A DNA stretch of 64,000 bases from Planctomycetota bacterium (lineage in GTDB: Bacteria; Planctomycetota; UBA1135; UBA2386). The notes under the pieces are model-generated. The model had not been told where the DNA came from, ran no database searches, and saw only the letters and a program-made list of their open reading frames with translations. The position numbers and the translations under genes are program-made. This document shows, piece by piece, positions 1 through 9,105 of this stretch. The DNA lies in the NCBI GenBank assembly GCA_965228735.1, contig OZ245838.1, positions 5,600,001 through 5,664,000 on the forward strand, read 5' to 3'. The first letter of the stretch is position 1. Each line of letters starts with the position of its first letter.

Positions 1-675
1 GGACCGATCACGCGGCCGGCGCACATCTACGCGCAGTCCTTCAATGGACCGGCGAGCACGCCACTCGCGACGACGAGCATCACCGTCGGCCCGACGCCGG
101 GCTTCTACACGGCGACGTTCGCAGCGCCGGTCGCGGTGAACGGCACGTTCTACATCGGCTACGACAACGCGCTTGGCGGCGTCGTCAGCAACCTCACGGG
201 CGGCACGACGGGCCGCGGCTTCTTCCGCTCGCCGACGACCGGCGCGTGGGCGCAGAGCGGCCTCGTGCAGTTCCCGTCGTGGCGTGTCACCTGCGCGGGC
301 GGGCCGTTGTTCGCGTCGCCTTTGCTCGGCAACGTCGGCCTGCCGATCCTCGGTGGCAGCTACGACGTCACCCTCGATGACGCGGCGCCGTCCACCGCGG
401 CGTTCATGCTGGTTGGTCTGTCCGATCAGAGCTTCCAGGGCACCGCGTTGCCCGCGCCGATCCCGGGCGCGCCAGGCTGCGACGTCCAGGCGTCGCCGCA
501 CAGCACGCAGCTGATCTTCACGAGCGCGGCCGGCACCGCATCGACGAACCTCGGTGTTCCCAACACGCTGTCGTTCGTCGGCCTCGAGCTCTTCCATCAG
601 TGGGCCGTGCTCGATGCGGTGAACGCGATCGGCATCGTGGTCTCGGACGCGGGCAAGGCGACGGTCGGCGGCTGA
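1..675 (+). CDS. 5'-partial secreted protein ending in the shared Cys-containing C-terminal domain
   Basis: Frame 1 is open from base 1 to TGA at 673-675. The C-terminus has P-ILG, GAPGC, L.VP..LSFVG.ELFHQW...D and VSDAG, as in other secreted proteins in this window. Confidence 0.85.
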   Translation, partial: GPITRPAHIYAQSFNGPASTPLATTSITVGPTPGFYTATFAAPVAVNGTFYIGYDNALGGVVSNLTGGTTGRGFFRSPTTGAWAQSGLVQFPSWRVTCAGGPLFASPLLGNVGLPILGGSYDVTLDDAAPSTAAFMLVGLSDQSFQGTALPAPIPGAPGCDVQASPHSTQLIFTSAAGTASTNLGVPNTLSFVGLELFHQWAVLDAVNAIGIVVSDAGKATVGG

Positions 676-1006
676 CGGGGTGGGGCCGGTACGGCGCCTC
701 CGTTACGTTCGGCGCATGCACGCAGCCTGCACCTTCGTGGCGCTGGGTGCGGTCGATCTGGAGCTCGATGGCGCGACGCGGCTGCCGGGCGGCTCGACGC
801 GGTTCGGGGCGAAACGCGGTCAGGTCGCGGGCGAGGCCGTGGCGGGCGAGTTGCTCGTCGTCGAGTTCCCGATCCGCGCGCCGGCCGATCTCGGGGAGCG
901 GGCGGATCGCGGCGGATCCGGGCGCTGATCGGTCTGCCCGCCAATCTCCTGGGGCTGGCCGCCTCGCGCTTGCCTGTCGGTTGGGAGGTCGTAGGTTGCA
1001 GGCACC

Positions 1007-1246
1007 ATGACCGACCAGAAGAAGATCGTCGTCTACAGCGGTGCCGGTTGACCGGCGTGCACCATGGTGAAGGAGTTCCTCACCAAGAAGGGCCTGGAGT
1101 TCGAGGTCAAGGACGTCCACAACGACGCCGATGCGCAGAGCGACATGGTCGAGATGGGCATCATGTCGATCCCGGTGACGCGCATCGACGGCGGTGAGCC
1201 GATCGTCGGCGCGGACTACGCGAAGATCGAAGCCCAGCTGGCCTGA
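1007..1246 (+). CDS. Glutaredoxin/NrdH-like protein with probable selenocysteine (UPAC motif)
   Basis: ATG at 1007 gives MTDQKKIVVYSGAG-TGA(1049-1051)-PACTMVKEFLTKKGLEFEVKDV...MSIPVTRIDG..IVG. This is a glutaredoxin pattern with TGA at the first Cys of CxxC. Confidence 0.9.
1065..1085 (+). promoter_or_regulatory. Candidate bacterial SECIS hairpin
   Basis: TGGTG-A-AGG-[AGTT]-CCT-CACCA. The loop starts 22 nt after the UGA and has G at its second position. Confidence 0.7.
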
Positions 1247-1255
1247 TCGGCCGGT

Positions 1256-1903
1256 TCAGGCCATCGGTGAACGCCAGACGACCTGCGTGACGTCCTCGAG
1301 TCCGGCCGCCTTGAACTTCGGCGGCAGCTCGTCGACCACGCGCGTGGTTTCGACCCGCTCGAGGTCGGGCCAATAGCCGAGCACCTCGTCCGGATGCACG
1401 GCGAACGGCGGGCCGGCGGTCACCGACTGGTCGTACTCGAGCGTGACGACGACCCGCGCCGGATCGGCCGTGAGTCGCGCGTTGGTGTGCGCGACGTACT
1501 TCGGCCGCAGATCCGGCGGCAACGCGACGAGCGCAGCGCGGTCGTAGCACGCGTCGAAGTCGGTCGCCGAGAACGCGAAGTAGTCGCCCTGCAGGATCTG
1601 CAATCGGAGCGGCTCGTCTACGTCGACGGCGACGTGGGCGGTGAGTTCGCCGGCGCTCCGGCGCTCGCGCGCCAGCCCCTGTTCACGGAAGAACGCGTCG
1701 ATCGCGATCTCCGACAGCTCGACGCCGACGACGTCGTGGCCGCGGCGGGCCAGCCAGAGCAGGTCCGGCGTCTTGCCGCAGAGCGGCACGAGCACGCGGT
1801 TGCCTTCGCTGCGCCAGTGGCGCTGCAGCCCGTCGTTGCCCTGAGGCTGGTGCCAGCCCGTGCGGCCCGTCTGCCAGCGGTCGATCCAGTCACTGTGCGT
1901 CAT
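1256..1903 (-). CDS. tpm: Thiopurine S-methyltransferase
   Basis: W..RW..G.TGWH, RVLVPLCGK, GVELS, YDRAALVAL and GPPF motifs. Confidence 0.92.
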   Translation of the reverse strand: MTHSDWIDRWQTGRTGWHQPQGNDGLQRHWRSEGNRVLVPLCGKTPDLLWLARRGHDVVGVELSEIAIDAFFREQGLARERRSAGELTAHVAVDVDEPLRLQILQGDYFAFSATDFDACYDRAALVALPPDLRPKYVAHTNARLTADPARVVVTLEYDQSVTAGPPFAVHPDEVLGYWPDLERVETTRVVDELPPKFKAAGLEDVTQVVWRSPMA

Positions 1904-1955
1904 CGCCACGGGATAGCGCGCGGCGGGCCTGCTGCCAACGGTCTTTGCCCGCCAG

Positions 1956-2369
1956 TCAGCGCGCGAGCATGCGGGGCAGGATGTCGCTGAGGCTCAGGAT
2001 GCCGACGACCTCGGTGCCGCGCAGCACGGGCACGCGTCGCACGCCCGACATCCGCATCAGGTTGACACAGTCGAGCACGTTCGCCGTCGCCGGCACGCAG
2101 ATCGCCGGATGGGTCGCGGCGTCGGCGACCGCGAGCTGATCGAGGATCGCGGTGTCGTGCGCGGCGACGAGGTTGACGATGTCCTTGCTCGTGAGGATGC
2201 CGGGCAGGTCCGCAGCCGTGCGGCCGGGGACGAGCAGGGCGCGGACACCTTGCCGCACCATGTGGTCGCCGGCGGCGCGCAGCTCGTCGGTCGGCTGCGC
2301 CCACTGCAGGTCGGTCGTCATCAGCTCCTCGGCGCGGAGCTCCGTGAGGTCGAGTTGGGTCGTGGTCAT
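1956..2369 (-). CDS. CBS domain pair protein
   Basis: Two CBS repeats (LPGILTSKDIV; RRVPV..VVGILSLSDIL). The start overlaps the FapA stop (ATGA). Confidence 0.88.
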   Translation of the reverse strand: MTTTQLDLTELRAEELMTTDLQWAQPTDELRAAGDHMVRQGVRALLVPGRTAADLPGILTSKDIVNLVAAHDTAILDQLAVADAATHPAICVPATANVLDCVNLMRMSGVRRVPVLRGTEVVGILSLSDILPRMLAR

Positions 2370-3667
2370 GGCAGCAGTCGCCGCACGATCGTGCGGCTCT
2401 CTTGGTCGAAGTGGAACGTGCACGGGCCGAGCTCGTGGTCGGGTCGCAGCTCAGCGCCGCCGAAGCGGATCACGACCCCCGGATGGCAGGCCGTGTGAAC
2501 CTGGATCTCGGCTTCCGCGAGCAGGACGGCGCGTTGTCGGCGAACGCGCAGGCGGGCGTCGCTCTCGCGGTCGGCCGCGCGAACGGCCGCGCGCAGGGTC
2601 TTGCCGCCGCGGTTGCCGGTCTTCCGAGCGTTGCGAGCGAGCCGCGATGCCTTCGCGGTCTCGCGGGCCGCGGCGACTCGTTCGGCCACGGGTTCACCGA
2701 CGGCGAGCAGGGTCGTGGTCCCGGACGGGCAGCCGGCCGTGCCGACGACGATGCGGCGCTGTGCCCGCAGCTCGCCACCACGCACCGACGCGCGGCCGCG
2801 CTCGACATGGATCGTGTCCGCCGTGATGCGAGCCTGATGAGCCTGGTCCGCGATCTCGACGTCGCCCCGAGCCGTGATGCGTGCCGCGGTCGCGTGGCGG
2901 CAGGCGACGTCCGCGCCGGCCTGCACGACGCTGTCGCCGAGGATCCCGTGCTGCACGTGCGCTGCGCCGCCGGCGCGGATCTGGCCGTTCTCGACGGAAC
3001 CGTGCACGACGACGTCGCCGCTCGCGTCGGCGAGGAAGCCGCGCACGATGTCGCCCGTCACGATGAGCGTGCCGTTGCTGTGCAGGTTGCCGCCCGCGTA
3101 GTCGACGTCGCCGCGGTGCACGTGCAGCGGGGTCACGTCGACGAGGTCGCTCGTCCACAGCACGACGCCGTCACGGGCCGCGACGAGCGTGTCACCCCGG
3201 CGTTCGAGCCCTTCGCCGATGTGGCGGCCATCGGGGCGGCCGGCGCGCGGCGGGAGGGGCTCGCCTCGCACCGTGTGACCCGGGGTGCCGGATGTCGGCG
3301 ACCGGACGATCGCGACGGTGTCGCCGACGGTCACCGGTCGCAGCGCGTTCCGCTCGCGGAAGTCGATCGTCTCGTCGTCGGCGGTCCGGCCGGCCTGCAG
3401 GTCCTTCTCGAGGCGGCTTTCGATGCAGCCGTCGGTCCCGTCGACGGGCGCGATGCCGTGGGCGATCGCGATCGCCGCGCCGGTCGCGGGCTCCTGCAGC
3501 CGTTCGGCCAGGGCCGTGAGGGCGTCCTCGTCGACGCCGCGTTCGACGCCGGCGGCCGTCAGCGCCGCCCGAACGTCGGTCAACGCAGCGACCGCGCCGC
3601 GGTCAACGCGCACCTGCGCCACGAGTCCGTCGTCGGAGATCGTGACGTGCAGGGCGGCGTTGGTCAT
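2366..3667 (-). CDS. FapA (DUF342) family flagellar assembly protein
   Basis: V.ISDDGL.A, GIAPVDGTDG, IDFRE, G.PG.TVRGE.LPP..G and GDVDY..GNL, followed by beta-helix repeats. Confidence 0.85.
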   Translation of the reverse strand: MTNAALHVTISDDGLVAQVRVDRGAVAALTDVRAALTAAGVERGVDEDALTALAERLQEPATGAAIAIAHGIAPVDGTDGCIESRLEKDLQAGRTADDETIDFRERNALRPVTVGDTVAIVRSPTSGTPGHTVRGEPLPPRAGRPDGRHIGEGLERRGDTLVAARDGVVLWTSDLVDVTPLHVHRGDVDYAGGNLHSNGTLIVTGDIVRGFLADASGDVVVHGSVENGQIRAGGAAHVQHGILGDSVVQAGADVACRHATAARITARGDVEIADQAHQARITADTIHVERGRASVRGGELRAQRRIVVGTAGCPSGTTTLLAVGEPVAERVAAARETAKASRLARNARKTGNRGGKTLRAAVRAADRESDARLRVRRQRAVLLAEAEIQVHTACHPGVVIRFGGAELRPDHELGPCTFHFDQESRTIVRRLLP

Positions 3668-3691
3668 GGGCGGTGGATCCCGTCATTGAGA

Positions 3692-3720
3692 CCATCGTCT
3701 GGCGCGAATCGTGGCTTGAG
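3692..3720 (-). promoter_or_regulatory. Sigma28 (FliA)-like promoter of fapA-CBS
   Basis: CTCAAG-N15-GACGATGG, 24 nt upstream of the fapA ATG. Confidence 0.5.
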
Positions 3721-3742
3721 GCACTACCATGCGCGCCTCTCG

Positions 3743-4522
3743 ATGCTCCGAATCCTCGTTGTCGTGGCCGCGGCCGTGCTCTCGGGCTGTGCCGGTTTCT
3801 TCCCCCAGTCCGCGCAGGTGACGCCGCAGCGGCCGACGTTCTCCTCCAACACCGCCACCACGGCCGAGGGCACCCTCGAGCTCGAGGCCGGCGGTGCGAT
3901 CGATCCGGGTGATTCGATCGACACGCCGCTCGTCGCGAAGTGGGGCACAGGTCCCGGTACCGAGCTGTTCGCCGGTTGGTCGCCGCTGCAGTATCTCGAA
4001 CGCCCCGGGCCCGACGGGCTCGGCGTGTCGGACCTCGTGCTCGGCACGCGCCATCGCTTCATCGAGGCAGGCGATGGCACGCCGTCGATGGCCGTGCAGC
4101 TCGCGACCAAGCTGCCGTCGGGCGACAGTTCGGAGGGCCTGTCCACCGATCAGATCGACTTCAACCTCGCGGCGATCCTGACGCAGACGTTCGGCAGCCT
4201 CGAGGCGACGGTCTACTACAACGCGGGCTTCCTCGGCCAGGGCGTCGGCGACCCCAACCTGCAGCACACGCTCGCGCTCGCGGCCGGGCTGCCCATCAAC
4301 GATCGCATCGGCGTGTTCGGTGAACTCACCGGGATCATCGAGCACGAGCGCAGCCTCGAGGAGTACTACTTCATCGGCGGCGCGACCTACTCGAGCGAGC
4401 CCGGCGTGATGTTCGACCTCGGTGCGCGGATCGGTCTCAACGACGACGCGGCCGACTTCGCGCTGCTGTTCGGCTTCACGACGAACTTCGGGCCCGCGAG
4501 CTCTTGGGGCGGCGGCGAGTAG
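3743..4522 (+). CDS. Outer-membrane beta-barrel 'transporter' (MetA-pathway/phenol-degradation-like family)
   Basis: Signal peptide or lipobox LSGC, RPTFS...T...G.LELE, G.SD..LG.R.RF, KLPSG and terminal amphipathic strands. Confidence 0.75.
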   Translation: MLRILVVVAAAVLSGCAGFFPQSAQVTPQRPTFSSNTATTAEGTLELEAGGAIDPGDSIDTPLVAKWGTGPGTELFAGWSPLQYLERPGPDGLGVSDLVLGTRHRFIEAGDGTPSMAVQLATKLPSGDSSEGLSTDQIDFNLAAILTQTFGSLEATVYYNAGFLGQGVGDPNLQHTLALAAGLPINDRIGVFGELTGIIEHERSLEEYYFIGGATYSSEPGVMFDLGARIGLNDDAADFALLFGFTTNFGPASSWGGGE

Positions 4523-4531
4523 TCGCCGAGG

Positions 4532-5431
4532 TCACGCGAGACGGTCGACGGCGAGCTGCATCGTCTGCGTGTGGACGGTGACGACGTCGCCGAGGTCGCG
4601 GCCGTACCCGCCGGCGATCGTGATGGCGACCGGCAGACCGCGCGAGCGACACGCGTCGAGCACCATCTCGTCGCGGGCGCGCAGGCCGGCGAACGTGAGC
4701 TTCATCTTGCCGATGCGGTCGCGTTCGTGCGGATCGGCGCCCGCGAGGTAGATCGCGAGGTCGGCGTCGGCGCGGTCGATCGCGGTGCGCAGGCCGTCCT
4801 CGAGCTCCGCGAGGTAGATCACGTCGCCCGTGCCGTTCGGCAGCTGGATGTCGAGGTCCGAGCGCTTCGAGAACTTGGGGTAGCCCGACATGCCGTGGAT
4901 CGAGAACGCGAAAATCGAGGCGTCGTCCTGCACGAGCTCGGCCGTCCCGTCGCCCTGGTGGACGTCGCAGTCGATGATGATCGCGCGCCGGATCGCACCT
5001 TCCCGTTGGAGTGTGCGCACCGCGACGACCGCGTCGTTGAACACGCAATAGCCCGCGCCGCGATCGGCGGCCGCGTGGTGGGTGCCGCCGCCGAGATAGG
5101 CCGCGATCCCGTCCGTCAGCGCGGCTCGCGTCGTGGCGAGCGTCGCGCCGACCGAACGGCGGCTCCGCTCGACGAGCTCGGGCGACCACGGCAGGCCGAT
5201 GCGGCGTTGCTCGAGCGGCGTCAGGTCGCCGGTGAGCACGCGCTCGACGTAGTTGGCGGTGTGCGCCAGTCGCAGCTGATCCGGCGTCGCCGCCGGCGCT
5301 ACTTCGCAGTGGCCGTTCGCCGGCAGGCCGAGCTCTTCGACGCGTTCGCGCAGGCGGCGGTACTTCGAGAGCGGAAAGAAGTGGCCGTCCGGCAGCGGGA
5401 TCGGGAACGCGTCCGTCGTGAAGATCCGCAT
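4532..5431 (-). CDS. Histone deacetylase family protein
   Basis: H.FP..KY, GGTHHA, GYCVFND, DCDVHQGDGT, AGADPH and GGY motifs. Confidence 0.93.
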   Translation of the reverse strand: MRIFTTDAFPIPLPDGHFFPLSKYRRLRERVEELGLPANGHCEVAPAATPDQLRLAHTANYVERVLTGDLTPLEQRRIGLPWSPELVERSRRSVGATLATTRAALTDGIAAYLGGGTHHAAADRGAGYCVFNDAVVAVRTLQREGAIRRAIIIDCDVHQGDGTAELVQDDASIFAFSIHGMSGYPKFSKRSDLDIQLPNGTGDVIYLAELEDGLRTAIDRADADLAIYLAGADPHERDRIGKMKLTFAGLRARDEMVLDACRSRGLPVAITIAGGYGRDLGDVVTVHTQTMQLAVDRLA

Positions 5432-6009
5432 CACGACTCGTGGTCGCGCGCGTCGTCCAGACCGATGCGCTCGGCGCGGGCGCGATAGGTCGCCGGCGGT
5501 TGCACGGCCTTGTCCCGCCACCAGGCGCGATGGTCGGGTGCGCCCTCCGGCAGCCCGTTCACGTACCCGATGCGCGCGTCGGGAATGCTGTCGCAGTACG
5601 GCAGATACGGCTTGAGGTCGAGCACGGGCGTGCCGTCGAGCAGATCGTGATCCGCGATGTGCAGCACCCGCTTGTCGCGGCGCATCAACCGCACGGCGGA
5701 CAACCCGATCGGGTTGGGCCGCTGAGGCGCGCGCGTCGCGAACACGCCGCGCTTCTTGTCGTCGCGCGGCGGCTGCACCACGAGCGGCCGCCCGCGCGCG
5801 TGGTGGCACCAGAACACGACCCACAGATGGCTGAACCCGTCGAGGTCACCGAGTCCGTTCTGGTAGTCCTGGTGCACGACGATCTCACCCGTCGCACCGC
5901 GCCCGAGCCCGCTCTGCCGCGGCGCCTCGTGATGCACGGTGGCGTCGCAGCGGACGATCGCGATGGCGTCGAGCGGTGGGGTGGCGGGGCTGGGCGAACG
6001 GTCGGGCAC
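5431..6009 (-). CDS. tsaA: tRNA (m6t6A37) methyltransferase TrmO/TsaA
   Basis: PRQ, L.GFSHLWVVF.CH, GVFATRAP.RPNPIGLS and DLLDGTPVLDLKPY motifs. Confidence 0.92.
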   Translation of the reverse strand: MPDRSPSPATPPLDAIAIVRCDATVHHEAPRQSGLGRGATGEIVVHQDYQNGLGDLDGFSHLWVVFWCHHARGRPLVVQPPRDDKKRGVFATRAPQRPNPIGLSAVRLMRRDKRVLHIADHDLLDGTPVLDLKPYLPYCDSIPDARIGYVNGLPEGAPDHRAWWRDKAVQPPATYRARAERIGLDDARDHES

Positions 6010-6054
6010 GCCTGCATCGTGCCGGTTCGCCAGCAGCCGCGCAAAGACCGCCGC

Positions 6055-8727
6055 TCAGCGGGCCCACTCGGGCGGCAGCCGGATCGGGACCGTCGTGGTC
6101 TGACCGGCGGCGATGGCCGCGGTTCCGATGGTGACCCAGTGCGATCCGAGCGGATCCTCGAGGCCGCGGGCGCGGCCCTCCTGCCAGGCCGCGCGCCACG
6201 CCTCGTTCGACATCAAGCGCTTGGGGAGGGTGCGCAGGGTCACGTTCCTGGCGATCACTTCCTGCTCGGTCACGCCGGCCTCGTCGGTCGGTGGCAGTGA
6301 GTCGCCACCGGGTTCGAGCTGCACCGAGAGGCCGGCCACGGGTTTGCCGTCCGGGCCCGAGACTTCGAGTCGGAGGCTGCCGGTCGTGATCTCGAACGTC
6401 TGTCGCGTCGTCTGGCCGCGGACGATCGTGACCGTCGCCATGCTCTTGAAGCTGATCCAGCGGTCCCCGACCGACCTGCCGATCCGGAGGGGGTAGGTGC
6501 CGGGTCGGGTCTGCAGCGTGAACCGACCTTCGGCGTCGGTCTTGGCGACCTCCGATCCGCGGTCGCCGTCGAGCAGAACGCGGTCGTTGGCCCACGGCGC
6601 ACCGTTGAGGGTCACCACGCCTTCGAGAGTGCCCGGCAGGATCGCGGCCAGATCGAGATCGATCTCGGTGCGTTGGCCCGAGCGCAGCGTGACCGTACCG
6701 GCGGCGATGGGGTACGTGACGCGGGTCGACTCGCGCACTCCCACCGCGTTGACGACGACGTCCCACTCGCCGGGTGGGGCGCCCGACAGCACGAAGGTAT
6801 CGTCCTCGCGGATGCGGGTGCCCCGATCGGTGATCTGTCCGGTTTCCGGTGGCGGATAGGTCTCGTCGCCGCGCTTCAGCTGCAGCGTCGGTTTGCGGCG
6901 GTCCTCGAACGGTTGCCCGGCCGCGGTCTTCGCCAGCCGCCGGATCTCGTCGAGGACCTCGGTCGAGGTGACCCGGGCCAGGAGCTCCGCTCCCGGGTCC
7001 ACCGTCACGACGAAGTCAGTCGACTCGTCGAGCCGAACCGCCTCGAACTCCTGGGCGACGTGCCCCGGGCCAGGAAGCTGCACACCGACCGGTCGACTGC
7101 CGGGGCCGCGCAGAACGTACTCCCCCTTGCTGTCCGTCGTCCCGTTCGCGAGCACCATGATGTTGTCGTTCTGCGAGTTGATGAGCCAGTGCGAGCGCTC
7201 CATCACGTAGCGGCGCGGCCCGAAGCCGCCGCCGAACATCTCACAGAGGATCACGCGTGCGTCCGCGACCGGCTCACCGTTCGGGGTTCGGAGACGGAGC
7301 GTTCGCGCGATGGTGCGAGAGGCCCGCAGGTCGAGCCGCGTGTCGCGCGTCGCGTCGAGCGTGAACTCCTCGGTCAGCAACTCGAACTGCGCGGAGGCCG
7401 GGAAGTCGATGAAGAGCAGCCAGCTGCCGGCGGTCAGGCCAGCGACCTTGGCCGTGCCGTCCTCGTACGGACCGGTGGCCTTCACTTCGGCGTCCTGCGA
7501 GCTGAATCGATTCCGGCCGCGCGGGATGAGCCGCACGCTGTAGCGATCGATCGGCGCGTCGTCGGGATCCGTGATTCGGATCGTCAGGGTCGCGGCGGGA
7601 GAGAGCCGGAGTTCGATGCCCTGCTGGTTGACCTCGTATTCGGCTGCGGTCGTGAGGGGCTCGAACCCGTCGGCGTCGACGTTCAGCGTGATCTTGCCCG
7701 CGGTTCCGGAGTTCGTGCGGAGGCGCAGAGCGAAGGTGCCGTCACGCTTGGAGCTACCGTGCAACCAGGCGCCGTTGGTGCTGTGACCTTGGATCCTGGC
7801 GCGGGGAACCGGCTGACCGCGTTGGTCGACGACGCGGCCCGAGATCGTGTCGACCTCGGTCATCGGCTTCACGACGACACGCACGTCGGCTTCGGGCTCG
7901 CTCGCTTTGAGTTCGATCGGCGCCTCGTCCACGAGCTCCCGGTCCCGCACTCGGATCGTATACGTCCCAGGCGTCAGCCAGCCTCGCATCTCGAACGCAC
8001 CGTTCGGGCTCGTTCGGGTCTGCGAGCCCCAGCGCGGTCGGATCTCGCCGGTGATGGGGCTGGAGTCGCCAGTGTGGCTGAACGTCACGGTGGTCTCCGC
8101 GAGTGCCGCGCCGCTCGTCTCCACGACGTGACCGCGCACCCTGACCCCGGGTGTTACGGCGATGTCGCCGAGGTCGGTCGTCGAGCCCGGTTCGAGGCGG
8201 CCCCAGCGCGCCGACAACGCGCCGCAGCCCCGGCGTCGGACGTCGAGCGCGAACTGGAACGGCGGCGGCGGCCAGAAGCGGAACTCGAATCTGCCGTCGC
8301 TGGCGGTCGTGATCGCTGTCGGGTCCTCCCAAGCCGGCATCTCGTCGTGATCCCGGAGCCACTCGTCTTTCCGCCCCTGGTTGGCACCCCAACCATGCAG
8401 GTCGACGAGAGTGTCGGCCAGAGGTTGCCCGTCGGCATCGACGCAGCGACCCCGAACGATCGCGACGGGGCCGGTGAGCGCCGACGGGTCGGGCTCGGCA
8501 ACGGTGCGGTCCGGTGCGGGGGTCTCGTCGACCGCGGCCGGCTCGTCGTTCGCGACGCTCCTTGCCGCAGCCTTCGCCGCCGTCGGGCTGGGCGCAGCGT
8601 GATCGGTCGAGGTGTCGGTCGCGGCGTTGGCGGGGTGAGTGACGGCCTGGTCGGCAAACCACCAGATGCCGAGCGTGAACGCGATCGCGATGGCCAGCAG
8701 CGCGGTGAGGATCTGGCGTGGGTTCAT
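6055..8727 (-). CDS. Membrane-anchored protein with carboxypeptidase-regulatory-like (CarboxypepD_reg) beta-sandwich repeats
   Basis: N-terminal TM helix, Ala/Pro/Thr linker, and repeated GRVVD..G.P...A.V and TD..G.F motifs. Confidence 0.85.
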   Translation of the reverse strand: MNPRQILTALLAIAIAFTLGIWWFADQAVTHPANAATDTSTDHAAPSPTAAKAAARSVANDEPAAVDETPAPDRTVAEPDPSALTGPVAIVRGRCVDADGQPLADTLVDLHGWGANQGRKDEWLRDHDEMPAWEDPTAITTASDGRFEFRFWPPPPFQFALDVRRRGCGALSARWGRLEPGSTTDLGDIAVTPGVRVRGHVVETSGAALAETTVTFSHTGDSSPITGEIRPRWGSQTRTSPNGAFEMRGWLTPGTYTIRVRDRELVDEAPIELKASEPEADVRVVVKPMTEVDTISGRVVDQRGQPVPRARIQGHSTNGAWLHGSSKRDGTFALRLRTNSGTAGKITLNVDADGFEPLTTAAEYEVNQQGIELRLSPAATLTIRITDPDDAPIDRYSVRLIPRGRNRFSSQDAEVKATGPYEDGTAKVAGLTAGSWLLFIDFPASAQFELLTEEFTLDATRDTRLDLRASRTIARTLRLRTPNGEPVADARVILCEMFGGGFGPRRYVMERSHWLINSQNDNIMVLANGTTDSKGEYVLRGPGSRPVGVQLPGPGHVAQEFEAVRLDESTDFVVTVDPGAELLARVTSTEVLDEIRRLAKTAAGQPFEDRRKPTLQLKRGDETYPPPETGQITDRGTRIREDDTFVLSGAPPGEWDVVVNAVGVRESTRVTYPIAAGTVTLRSGQRTEIDLDLAAILPGTLEGVVTLNGAPWANDRVLLDGDRGSEVAKTDAEGRFTLQTRPGTYPLRIGRSVGDRWISFKSMATVTIVRGQTTRQTFEITTGSLRLEVSGPDGKPVAGLSVQLEPGGDSLPPTDEAGVTEQEVIARNVTLRTLPKRLMSNEAWRAAWQEGRARGLEDPLGSHWVTIGTAAIAAGQTTTVPIRLPPEWAR

Positions 8728-8884
8728 TTCGCAGCTCTCCGACCCGCATGGTAGCGCCGGGCGTCAGCTCCCGTGAAGGCCCGGCGCCAACGCGGCCACG
8801 GCGCTCCGGATCCCACCCTGGGATCCCGGGATCAAGCTCGACCCTTGCGGATCTCGAAAGGCGCTGCAACTGGAGAAGACCACC

Positions 8885-9055
8885 ATGAGCAAGAAGAAGG
8901 ACAACAAGAAGGGCAACAAGGGCAAAGGCGGGTTCGGCAAGTTCCTCGTCGTCGCCGTCGTCGTGATCGTCGGGGGCGGGGCCGCGGCCTGGTTCCTGGC
9001 GCCCGACCAGGTGCAGGCGCAGCTCGACAGCCTGAAGTCGATGCTCGGCATGTAG
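8885..9055 (+). CDS. Small 56-aa membrane protein with a Lys-rich N-terminus
   Basis: RBS GGAGAAG, then MSKKKDNKKGNKGKGGFGKFLVVAVVVIVGGGAAAWFLAPDQVQAQLDSLKSMLGM. Codons are GC3-rich. It falls below the ORF-track length cutoff. Confidence 0.75.
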   Translation: MSKKKDNKKGNKGKGGFGKFLVVAVVVIVGGGAAAWFLAPDQVQAQLDSLKSMLGM

Positions 9056-9105
9056 CCGGCTCTGCTGCGCATGAGTTCGGGCGCCCGTTGTGGTATGCCC
9101 GGGGC

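Noticed and set aside
716..928. Possible 70-aa ORF (MHAACTFVALG...), faintly DUF3237-like
   Set aside because: No clear RBS or motif. It could be a remnant or a chance ORF.
1064..1246. 60-aa glutaredoxin as given in the ORF track
   Set aside because: It lacks the first strand and the active site. The 1007 start with UGA read-through explains the sequence better.
2402..3742. Long 5' extensions in the ORF track (also on 18318-20231, 26564-27934, 42626-44962, 53732-56839, 56386-58644)
   Set aside because: They overlap neighbouring real genes. Starts were reset to signal peptides, RBSs or coupled starts.
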